Source: an uncultured virus (IMG/VR IMGVR_UViG_3300037245_003208)
Taxonomy: Duplodnaviria > Heunggongvirae > Uroviricota > Caudoviricetes
Length of the DNA: 27,136 nucleotides
IMG/VR virus record: IMGVR_UViG_3300037245_003208
Strand: one strand, 5' to 3'
The notes below the pieces were generated by a model that saw only the letters and a program-made list of their open reading frames with translations, ran no database searches and was not told where the DNA came from. Position 1 is the stretch's first letter. Each line of letters opens with the position of its first letter. This document shows, in pieces, positions 18,293-26,040 of this stretch. A program made the translations under genes and the position numbers.

Positions 18293-19216
18293 ATGAAATT
18301 ATTATTGATGAGTGATCTGCACATAGATAAAAAGAAACCTGAGTACAGAACTGATGTTGATTATGTTGAAACAATATTTACAAAACTTGAATGGGCCTTT
18401 GATTTGTGCTTATATGAAAATATCAGATATGTATTAATTGCAGGAGACATTTTTGAAGATTACAAACCACCATACTATCTTGTGAATCGTTTTATAGCAA
18501 TGTTGGACAATTACGAGTTAGAATTATTAGTTGTTCCAGGGCAGCATGATCAGCGTTTTCATACCAAGGATTTAACAAACACCACTTTAGGTTTGTTAGA
18601 TTTGTACCCAAGAATACATATATTGGGCACAGAACCTTTTCCAGATTTAGACGATATTCATATCTACGGAGCTGGTTGGGGTGACAGGATTCCTAAAATT
18701 CAAAATCCAGATGCACTAAATGTTCTGGTAACACACAGAATGATTGTTAAGGATAAGTTGTGGGAAGGGCAGGAAGCTTTTACACAGGCTAATATCTTTC
18801 TCAGAACTTCAAAATTTAACCTTAATTTGTCTGGTGATAATCACAAAACATTTGAAATTCTAGGCACTAAAAAAGCGTTGATTAATTGTGGCTCTTTGAT
18901 GAGAACAAGGACAAACCAGCACGACCATGAACCCTGTGTTTGGATTTTTAACACACTTAAAAGTGATGATATTAATGAATGTTTGAAAAAATATTACATT
19001 CCTGTAGAAGCGGGTGAAGACGTTATGGACTTGGAGCAATCTGCAGTGGATAAAAGTAAAAATAAGGATTTGGATTCTTACATAAACAGACTCAAAGAGG
19101 TTAAAGCAGGTTCTAAAGAATTTGTTAACTCTTTAGATTATTTTGTAAGTGAGAATGATGTGGAGCAAGGAGTGGTTGATTTTATTAATGAATGTAAACC
19201 AAAGGAGCAAGTGTGA
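18293..19216 (+). CDS. sbcD: SbcD/Mre11-like metallophosphoesterase nuclease
   Basis: SDLH, AGDIFE, PGQHD, VTH, GDNH and NCGS motifs. Confidence 0.9.
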   Translation: MKLLLMSDLHIDKKKPEYRTDVDYVETIFTKLEWAFDLCLYENIRYVLIAGDIFEDYKPPYYLVNRFIAMLDNYELELLVVPGQHDQRFHTKDLTNTTLGLLDLYPRIHILGTEPFPDLDDIHIYGAGWGDRIPKIQNPDALNVLVTHRMIVKDKLWEGQEAFTQANIFLRTSKFNLNLSGDNHKTFEILGTKKALINCGSLMRTRTNQHDHEPCVWIFNTLKSDDINECLKKYYIPVEAGEDVMDLEQSAVDKSKNKDLDSYINRLKEVKAGSKEFVNSLDYFVSENDVEQGVVDFINECKPKEQV

Positions 19217-19217
19217 T

Positions 19218-19619
19218 ATGGAATATGAGATTTTAAAAGAAGATTATAATTTTTTAGATTTATTAAATAGTGAAATATCTTATGATGCTAAATGTTTTGT
19301 TATTAAGAAAACCATGGGGGCACGGGTTGAAACAAAAATGACTGTTTCTTTCAATTACCATTCTTTTATTTTTAGCAGATTAATTGAAAATGAAGAGGTT
19401 TTAAATTGGTTTATTGACAATGACTACATAAAAGAACAACCATTAAAATGCCCTGTTTGTAATGTTGTTCATGGAATTACTGGGAACGGTGACGGATTCC
19501 GTGTTCATAGTGACCCAAATAAAAAATGTCCTTTGTTGCATGCCCTATTTGGCCAAAAATCAGAAGCAGTTGAAGCGTACAAAAGACTTTGCAAATTAAC
19601 CCAAAAAGGAGATAGTTAA
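19218..19619 (+). CDS. hypothetical protein with C-terminal zinc ribbon
   Basis: AAGGAG RBS before ATG 19218; LKCPVC...H...CPL. Confidence 0.65.
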   Translation: MEYEILKEDYNFLDLLNSEISYDAKCFVIKKTMGARVETKMTVSFNYHSFIFSRLIENEEVLNWFIDNDYIKEQPLKCPVCNVVHGITGNGDGFRVHSDPNKKCPLLHALFGQKSEAVEAYKRLCKLTQKGDS

Positions 19620-19621
19620 TA

Positions 19622-21475
19622 ATGAGTTTAAAACCCATTACAATTGAAGCAACAACATTGTCAGACGCATGGTTCCAAACACTTTTCAAATGCATTGAAG
19701 TTGGAAGAGATTTTCAGATTGATCAAGGTTCTTTTGAAGGTCAAAAAAGACTTGAGTTTGATTTTGTAACTATCCATATCAAGCACCCTTCTGTTGAGCC
19801 CTTACTTCCAAAAGTAAATCCTGCTTTGGGTTTTCCTGACCCAGTTGAGGAGGGATATCTTGATGAATATTTGCCATATTTAATGACTGGTGAATTGAAA
19901 GATGGGGAGTCATACACTTACGGGCAGCGATTGAACAAGTGTAAACTTTCAGAGAGTGTTTACAATGATTTAAATCTGCCCAATAACCTCATTTATAAGG
20001 ATATAAAATATTTGAATTTAGGGCATACTGCAGCACGGCAATGTGGGGGCTGTAAAGAGGTGAAGTACGATTATTTTTTTAATCAGGTTGAGCACATGAT
20101 TACAACTTATAAAGAAAAAGGCCACAGAAACAATCAAATGATCTTGCAGGTCGCCCAACCTGACGATATGATGTTATTAGACCCACCCTGTCTCAGACAC
20201 ATAGACACACGCATTCAGGATGGAAAATTACATTTCTTTCCATATTTCAGATCGTGGGATTTGTTTTGCTTGGATGACGAATCAGAAATACTCACATTAA
20301 AGGGTTGGAAAAATAAAGAGACTTTAAAATTGACAGATCAGGTAGCTGCATTGAATGAGGAAACTAATGAAATTGAATATGTTCCAGTAGAGAACAAATT
20401 AGTGCGGCCATACACTGGTAAAATGCATGTATTAAAGAACAAAAGAGTTGATCAATTAGTTACCCCTGAGCATAAAATAATTCATAAGTATGTAACACAT
20501 TCAGGAAGTAAGCGAATTATTAAGGACACTACTTATACAGAAGCAAAAAATTTAATACCAAAAGACGGTTCGCGGATTCCACTAACAGGTGTATGTAATT
20601 ACACTACATGGGATTTGGGCGTTGAAGAGGCTGCTTTGATTGGTTGGGTTTTAACAGATGCCCATTACAAGGCAGAATGTGACAGGATTGAAATATATCA
20701 GTCAGAAAAAAAATACACATTAGAAATACGAAAACTTCTAACTGCGTTACATATTCCATGGACTGAGCAGAGCAGGGAAAGAGTTCATTATCAAATATGT
20801 GAAAAATCATACCCTGAAGGATTTAAATCGCAGTGTACAGTATTTGGAATTCCTGCTGCTTATACAAGATGGATTAAAATGTTAATTCCTGATAGAATGC
20901 CAACACATAAGTTACTTTTTCTCCCTTTTAAAGAACGTGAAGCATTATTTAATGCAATGATACAAGCAGATGGGAGTTTCAAGCACAAAGACACAGAAAA
21001 CACAACTTGCTGTTTTTATTCCCAGAACAGGCATAAACGTGAGTGGTTTCAATTACTTGCTTTTTCTCTTGGGTATCGCACCACCATCAATGAACGGAAA
21101 GGCTGTGTAAATTGCAGTAATTCTCGCACGTATTCTACACTTCAGAGAGATTGCTTTGCTGGGACTTCGTTACCTACTGTTGATTATGCTGGTGATGTTT
21201 GGTGCATTCAAACTAAACATAAGAATTTTGTAATGCGTAGAAATAATAAAATATCTATTACTGGGAATTCTGGATTCCCTGCCAATCTTGGAGCAATTGA
21301 ATTAATGAAGCAATACTGTGCTGAAATGATTGGTGTTGAGAATGGTGAAATAATCGCAACTTCAAAAGGTTTGCACATTTATGAATATGTATTTGAAATC
21401 GCAGAAACTATTCGTGGAAGATCAATTGAAGAGTTTCGCAAAGAAGCATTGGCATTGTTTCCTGTAAAGGAGTAA
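19622..21475 (+). CDS. thyA: thymidylate synthase (ThyA fold) precursor containing an intein; spliced product about 283 aa
   Basis: YTYGQRL; PPCLR catalytic Cys; FRSWDLF|SGFPANL rejoined across the intein; GLHIY. Confidence 0.88.
   Translation: MSLKPITIEATTLSDAWFQTLFKCIEVGRDFQIDQGSFEGQKRLEFDFVTIHIKHPSVEPLLPKVNPALGFPDPVEEGYLDEYLPYLMTGELKDGESYTYGQRLNKCKLSESVYNDLNLPNNLIYKDIKYLNLGHTAARQCGGCKEVKYDYFFNQVEHMITTYKEKGHRNNQMILQVAQPDDMMLLDPPCLRHIDTRIQDGKLHFFPYFRSWDLFCLDDESEILTLKGWKNKETLKLTDQVAALNEETNEIEYVPVENKLVRPYTGKMHVLKNKRVDQLVTPEHKIIHKYVTHSGSKRIIKDTTYTEAKNLIPKDGSRIPLTGVCNYTTWDLGVEEAALIGWVLTDAHYKAECDRIEIYQSEKKYTLEIRKLLTALHIPWTEQSRERVHYQICEKSYPEGFKSQCTVFGIPAAYTRWIKMLIPDRMPTHKLLFLPFKEREALFNAMIQADGSFKHKDTENTTCCFYSQNRHKREWFQLLAFSLGYRTTINERKGCVNCSNSRTYSTLQRDCFAGTSLPTVDYAGDVWCIQTKHKNFVMRRNNKISITGNSGFPANLGAIELMKQYCAEMIGVENGEIIATSKGLHIYEYVFEIAETIRGRSIEEFRKEALALFPVKE
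20267..21268 (+). mobile_element. intein (334 aa) with LAGLIDADG homing endonuclease
   Basis: Block A CLDDESEILTLKGW; block B VTPEH; blocks C and E LIGWVLTDA and LFNAMIQADG; block F VWCIQT; block G ITGN followed by Ser+1. Removing it restores the TS motif RSxDxxxGxPxN. Confidence 0.93.
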
Positions 21476-21664
21476 ATGATGAAATTACAGTCATGCAAAG
21501 CTTGTGGAGTTGTTGTGGATGCTGATCGTTTGGAATTTGATGATCACTGGGACGGGGAGGAACAAGAATACGGTGAAGATGCAGTGTACATAAATAAGGA
21601 ATTCGTGGCAACTGCAAAATGCCCTGTATGTGATTATATAATTATCGAGGACGACAAGGAATAA
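21476..21664 (+). CDS. small zinc-ribbon protein
   Basis: CKAC and CPVC pairs; AAGGAG RBS. Confidence 0.75.
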   Translation: MMKLQSCKACGVVVDADRLEFDDHWDGEEQEYGEDAVYINKEFVATAKCPVCDYIIIEDDKE

Positions 21665-21666
21665 AA

Positions 21667-21930
21667 ATGAACCATCTACAAACATACAAGGGTCATGAGA
21701 TTATAATATACGATTATGGTGAGGGCGCGTCTGTGAAAAGGTCTTGGAAAGAGAGATTATTTTCAAGACCTTGGAATCCATTTAAAAGAACAAAATACAA
21801 TCCTTATGGTGGAAAGAAATTCATAGAAGATGGGGAAGTAATAGTAGATAGCAATATAAACAAACTGTACATGAATTCTAAAACTTATGATGAATTTACA
21901 AAAGAAATTGCAAAAGAGAGGGAAGAATAA
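21667..21930 (+). CDS. hypothetical phage protein
   Basis: AAGGA RBS; RSWKERLFSRPWNPF motif. Confidence 0.75.
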   Translation: MNHLQTYKGHEIIIYDYGEGASVKRSWKERLFSRPWNPFKRTKYNPYGGKKFIEDGEVIVDSNINKLYMNSKTYDEFTKEIAKEREE

Positions 21931-21931
21931 A

Positions 21932-22231
21932 ATGGAAAGACGTGACCCAGAATTTTCATTGGTGATAGACATGCCAGAGAAAAGTAACTTTGTAACTACT
22001 GTAGCCATTCCAAGGCATCAGTTCTACGAAGCAGCAAATTCAATAGATGTTCCAACAAACAGTCTGTCTGCTGCGCTAATTTTAAGGAATGAGGGCAGGT
22101 TTACCTCGCAGCACATTAGAGAAAAAAGGGCCAAAATCAGGAACATGCTTTTGAGTGCGTTTGGTAAAGCGATAGATGATTTTTTAGCAGGGGCAGACAT
22201 GGTAGATGGATTCAGGAAGGGGGAAGGATGA
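21932..22231 (+). CDS. hypothetical protein
   Basis: GAGGG RBS before ATG 21932; ATGA coupling to the next gene. Confidence 0.7.
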   Translation: MERRDPEFSLVIDMPEKSNFVTTVAIPRHQFYEAANSIDVPTNSLSAALILRNEGRFTSQHIREKRAKIRNMLLSAFGKAIDDFLAGADMVDGFRKGEG

Positions 22232-22500
22232 AAATACACGAAGGCTGCACAGCTATTGTAATTGGTGGGCACGCAAAAGAAAATATAGGTAAAATAACTA
22301 AGGTGGGTAAATACATAGGCACTGCAGAGACAGAATGTGGCAGAACTATGGGTGGCGATGATCAATGGGCAGTAGAAACAGAAATGGTATCCACGCACGG
22401 TATAAAAAACCATTTCCAAAGAGAGATTAACCTGTCCAAAATAGATGATGTTGATTTAGAAGTTGAAGAAATGGCAAAAGAGGTGGAAAATGAAAACTAA
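22228..22500 (+). CDS. hypothetical protein, KOW/SH3-like
   Basis: IHEGCTAIVIGG...NIGKITKV pattern. Confidence 0.65.
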   Translation: MKIHEGCTAIVIGGHAKENIGKITKVGKYIGTAETECGRTMGGDDQWAVETEMVSTHGIKNHFQREINLSKIDDVDLEVEEMAKEVENEN

Positions 22501-22774
22501 ACATGTGTGGCACGTTTGCAATAAAGGCGTGAATGGTGGAGAATGTGAAGAAGGCCCTTGTATATTTTGCGGTGGAGGAATAGCATTATGCACAGTTTGT
22601 GGGGGAGGTGAAGGAACTTTAACTGTGGACTGCTGTGAGCGCAGATTGACAGATGAAGAAGAAAAAGGCATTTATGAACATCAAAATATTAATTTCATCC
22701 AGGGAAAGTGGGTAAGGGTGATTTGCCATCCTCACATGGATTGGACTAAAGACTATAAGCATATGTGGGAATAA
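22490..22774 (+). CDS. Cys-rich hypothetical phage protein
   Basis: GAGGTGG RBS; CIFC, CTVCGGGEG and CC motifs. Confidence 0.7.
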   Translation: MKTKHVWHVCNKGVNGGECEEGPCIFCGGGIALCTVCGGGEGTLTVDCCERRLTDEEEKGIYEHQNINFIQGKWVRVICHPHMDWTKDYKHMWE

Positions 22775-22788
22775 TTAATGGGGGTAAA

Positions 22789-23031
22789 ATGGACAACATA
22801 ATAAAAGATATCGCAGCAATTGATGAAAAAAATAAAGAAATTATAACTACCTTAGAGCAGACTAAAGGCGCTAAAAAACAGGTGATGAAAACACTCAAAG
22901 ATGATTATGATTGCTCAACTTATGATGCTGTTGTTGCTCTATTTAATGAATTGGAGCAAGAGGAAGAGGAATTAAGAACTGAAATTGAGGATGAGCATAA
23001 AACTTTAATGGAGAAATGGAAATGGGATTAA
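22789..23031 (+). CDS. 80-aa coiled-coil protein, candidate third piece of the split SbcC
   Basis: GGGGT RBS; two heptad helices joined by LKDDYDCSTYD; lies just upstream of sbcC-C. Confidence 0.6.
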   Translation: MDNIIKDIAAIDEKNKEIITTLEQTKGAKKQVMKTLKDDYDCSTYDAVVALFNELEQEEEELRTEIEDEHKTLMEKWKWD

Positions 23032-23450
23032 AACATAACGGAAACATGTTAAGTAGTGGTGTTAGGGGAAGCTTTGCAGGATTAAAATTAAGAAAAGCAC
23101 TTGCTCATTTGGGCGCAGTCAGTGCAAAAGCACGGGTCACACTTGACAAGTTTGGGGTTGTTTTAGAACCCCTCATGCCCATACTTCAAGAGGAAGAAAA
23201 AATGGAAAAAGAAAAACGTAAAATATGTTTTTGGAGCGATGGGACATGGTGTGAGGGAGGGGAGTTAGAGTCACATTTGATATCTGGTGCTTCAGATGAT
23301 TATGCCATTATATTTTTTCCTGTGGGAGAAGACATTGATGATAGCTGCATAGATGACTGTGTGAATCAAACTATAAAAGACTATGGCAATGACGTAAATG
23401 AGGAATCCAATGCATCAGCAAATTTTGAAAATGCAAAAAAAGATAAATGA
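23016..23450 (+). CDS. hypothetical protein; possible internal start at 23202
   Basis: Acidic C-terminal part with FWSDGTWC...SDDY; GAGGA precedes ATG 23202. Confidence 0.55.
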   Translation: MEMGLKHNGNMLSSGVRGSFAGLKLRKALAHLGAVSAKARVTLDKFGVVLEPLMPILQEEEKMEKEKRKICFWSDGTWCEGGELESHLISGASDDYAIIFFPVGEDIDDSCIDDCVNQTIKDYGNDVNEESNASANFENAKKDK

Positions 23451-24018
23451 TCTTAAATCCACAAAACAAACTTTGACACGATTGAAAACTGAAGCTGTTA
23501 AACGTTTGGATGCTTTTGAACAGAAATATAAAGATGGGTTAAAAGGTCGTAAAATAATTCAAACAAAGGCAACTGAATTTCAAAAGGATTTAGAGCTTTA
23601 TTTATCTGAAACAGTGTCCATGGCTTTACGGGCAGTTATCAAAAATCCTCCTGAGTTCAAGCTTAAATTTGAATCAAAAAGAAATAAGACAGAGTGCAAT
23701 CCTGTGTTTATTGAGCACGGAAAAGAACAACATCCTCTTGACAGCGCGGGACATGGTTGCGTGAACATCACAACATTTGCTTTGCGTATTGGAATTTGGA
23801 GCCTGGATAAAAATGAACCATGTCTGATTTTTGATGAACCATTCAAAGATTTGAGTCCTAATTATCACAGGAAGGCATCTGAAATGATTGTGCGGTTATG
23901 TGAAAGTGAGAAGATACAGATTATTCTTGTTTCTCATAGCCCTACTATTAACAGTAAAGCTAACATCAACTACTGGGTTGAAAGGCATGGCAAGGTTAGC
24001 GAGGTTTCCATTGTGTAG
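23398..24018 (+). CDS. sbcC: SbcC/Rad50-like ATPase, C-terminal half (short coil, signature, Walker B, H-loop)
   Basis: PLDSAGHG signature variant; FALR; LIFDEPFKDLS Walker B and D-loop; QIILVSH; no Walker A. Start may be 23410. Confidence 0.85.
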   Translation: MRNPMHQQILKMQKKINDLKSTKQTLTRLKTEAVKRLDAFEQKYKDGLKGRKIIQTKATEFQKDLELYLSETVSMALRAVIKNPPEFKLKFESKRNKTECNPVFIEHGKEQHPLDSAGHGCVNITTFALRIGIWSLDKNEPCLIFDEPFKDLSPNYHRKASEMIVRLCESEKIQIILVSHSPTINSKANINYWVERHGKVSEVSIV

Positions 24019-24035
24019 ACTTTTCCACGCTAACC
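23994..24035. terminator. inverted repeat at the junction of convergent operons
   Basis: GGTTAGCGAGG and CCACGCTAACC are complementary at 10 of 11 positions, 20-nt loop, no clear T tract. Confidence 0.3.
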
Positions 24036-24049
24036 CATACAAATCCATG

Positions 24050-24448
24050 TTACATGCCTAAAAAGCCGCCCAGCCCGCCTACTTGTCCCAGCATTCCAGC
24101 ACCTGTGTCCTTGAATGCCCCAACTTGAGGACACATTGCTACCACATCCTCTACAAGCTCTTTAGCTTTTTCATCTGTAATCTTGGGTTGTTGTTTCATG
24201 ACCCATTCAACCACACTGTTAAATTTAGATTCACCAGTTAGAGGCGTTTGTCCTAACTTCAACATGCTTGCACTTAATTCATCAAAATGAAAAACACGAT
24301 TTAGAATCTTACTGGCGAATTCTGCCTCTTTCCCAGCAAGGATATTAAGTTGATACTTCCTCACCAGATAACCAACTGCCATGGTTCCTAAAGACATCAT
24401 AGCCGCTTTTAACAATGGGTACAGATAAAGTGCAAATAAAGCTTCCAT
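24050..24448 (-). CDS. membrane protein, LL-H-type holin-like
   Basis: GAGGAGAG RBS; single N-terminal hydrophobic helix; GESKFNSVVEWV...IT...ELVEDVV pattern. Confidence 0.55.
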   Translation of the reverse strand: MEALFALYLYPLLKAAMMSLGTMAVGYLVRKYQLNILAGKEAEFASKILNRVFHFDELSASMLKLGQTPLTGESKFNSVVEWVMKQQPKITDEKAKELVEDVVAMCPQVGAFKDTGAGMLGQVGGLGGFLGM

Positions 24449-24501
24449 TCGTTACTCTCCTCATTAATAATTAATGTTGTACTTCTTATATGTTACTGCA
24501 T

Positions 24502-24723
24502 TTAAATGCGTATGCCGTGAGCTGCTGCATTAGCATTAATCCATTTTAAGAATCCTGCAGCATGTTTTTGTTCATCTGTATGAGCAGCTTCTATTAATTT
24601 TTGTAACTCTGGGCATGCTACAACCTCTAAACTCTCTTTGTAGTACGCAACTCCTTCCATTTCCTCTTTAAGGGATTCTGTAGCTATCCCCATATCTGAT
24701 TCCACATTCTCATAATTAGCCAT
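24502..24723 (-). CDS. half-ferritin (two-helix, EncFtn-like) protein
   Basis: SLKEEMEGVAYY...CPELQKLI...DEQKHAAGFLKWI parallels EncFtn EELEAVDWY...DPEL..IL...EEKEHAAMxLEW. Confidence 0.75.
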   Translation of the reverse strand: MANYENVESDMGIATESLKEEMEGVAYYKESLEVVACPELQKLIEAAHTDEQKHAAGFLKWINANAAAHGIRI

Positions 24724-24724
24724 T

Positions 24725-25084
24725 TTATTCTCCTACCCCTCTTAAAAATTTAGTTACTATATCAGATTTAACTGTCACTTTGCCATGGCATACACAGCAT
24801 TCATCCCCCATTTTATCATTGACTAAAACAGCATCAATTTTACAATACGGACACCTGAATTTATGTCCCATAATATAACCTTGATGTTCTGGAATAATAT
24901 CTGCGTCAGTCACTAAACGAACTTCTTCCTCTTCATCCTCGTAAGGATTTTTGGTGGGCGGATGAACAGGACAAGGAACAAATGGAAAACTTATGAACTC
25001 ATCCTTGCAAGTACAACGTGACCCCTCTTCTGCATTTTTATCTTTATTTGGGATTTTTTCTATTTCTGCATTTTTATCGACCAT
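24725..25084 (-). CDS. Cys-rich zinc-ribbon protein
   Basis: AAGGA RBS; CTC...CPVH, CPYC and CCVC. Confidence 0.7.
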   Translation of the reverse strand: MVDKNAEIEKIPNKDKNAEEGSRCTCKDEFISFPFVPCPVHPPTKNPYEDEEEEVRLVTDADIIPEHQGYIMGHKFRCPYCKIDAVLVNDKMGDECCVCHGKVTVKSDIVTKFLRGVGE

Positions 25085-25105
25085 TAACTTTAATTCCTTT
25101 TAGAA

Positions 25106-25139
25106 TTGCAAGGGGAGCGTAAATAAACTTCCCTTGCAA
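25106..25139 (-). other. 12-bp intergenic stem-loop
   Basis: TTGCAAGGGGAG-N10-CTTCCCTTGCAA with one mismatch, just upstream of the RBS of 24725..25084. Confidence 0.55.
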
Positions 25140-25206
25140 AATTTACAAAGTTAATTACATGACTTAAAATTCTACACCATTTTTCAGGCTCTGTCCAAGG
25201 GACAGA

Positions 25207-25485
25207 TTACTCCTTTGCTGCTGGTTTTTTAACAGTGGATTTTTTCGCTTTAGTAACTTCTACTTCAGCGCAAGGCCCACATGTTGCTCCAGCATTAAGA
25301 AGACCTGGACAGGCATTTTCACTAACATTAATTGTGTTGTCATTGATACACATATCCATTTTCCCGCTAACGCGTTCTGTGTCTGGGCAACATCTCTCAT
25401 CGCACCCTCCACATATTGCACCAGCACCAAGCATTGATTGCACATCAGCCTGGGGAACTTCAATGGTTTCATTTTCGAAACACAT
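25207..25485 (-). CDS. two-repeat Cys-rich protein; probably the readthrough extension of 25525..26040
   Basis: Repeats MCFENETIEVPQADVQSMLGAGAICGGC and MCINDNTINVSENACPGLLNAGATCGPC; Lys-rich tail; frame stays open upstream to the TGA at 25525. Confidence 0.75.
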   Translation of the reverse strand: MCFENETIEVPQADVQSMLGAGAICGGCDERCCPDTERVSGKMDMCINDNTINVSENACPGLLNAGATCGPCAEVEVTKAKKSTVKKPAAKE

Positions 25486-25524
25486 AATTACTGTTTCACC
25501 TGTCTGTCCTGGACAAGGAGCCGT

Positions 25525-26040
25525 TCAAGAGTGGTGTTTATTACTTCGGAGAAAGATTATTTCTCTTTCTGCCTTGTCAAGCTCTCTTGCAATAGTACGA
25601 GCTTCAACAGCTTTAATTTCGGCTGTTAAAGCTGCAGTATTTTTGCAGTTTTCGAGCTTCAATTCACAACAACAAGCAGCCGCTGCAGCAGCATCAGCAA
25701 CAGCTTGAGCTCTTACAGCCGCAATTTGGTCATTGGTTCTTAACTCTGCCCTGAATTGATTATCCTTGACATCATTAAACTGCCGTGTTCTTTCAGCACC
25801 TTCGAAAGCATCTCTGATGCTGTCAAGTCCAAGTCCAAGAACTGAACGGGTACAATCATTATCATTTTCACTGGCCTGCTGGTTTCTGTTGATACGCACA
25901 GCATTGCTGGCATCATCAGCAAAAGGACGACCGTAGTAGTTTCCACCACCCCAGTTACCTCCACCGCCACCACGACCACCACCAAATGCAGACATTGCCT
26001 GTGTTAAAAGAGCATCACTTGTGCTAAAACCGTTTTCCAT
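25525..26040 (-). CDS. Gly-rich / CCC-motif coiled-coil phage protein of unknown function
   Basis: TTGGAGGT RBS before ATG 26040 (MENGFSTSD); GGGRGGGGGNWGGG; AAACCCELKL followed by a coiled coil; ends in TGA. Confidence 0.8.
   Translation of the reverse strand: MENGFSTSDALLTQAMSAFGGGRGGGGGNWGGGNYYGRPFADDASNAVRINRNQQASENDNDCTRSVLGLGLDSIRDAFEGAERTRQFNDVKDNQFRAELRTNDQIAAVRAQAVADAAAAAACCCELKLENCKNTAALTAEIKAVEARTIARELDKAEREIIFLRSNKHHS

Noticed and set aside
19622..21475. dCMP hydroxymethylase
   Set aside because: The specificity position in RSxDxxxGxPxN is Asn (dUMP type), not Asp; no glycosyltransferase is present in the window.
18085..23398. Intron or split intein rejoining the sbcC halves
   Set aside because: The gap is filled with ordinary genes, and neither half has intein block A/B or F/G termini.
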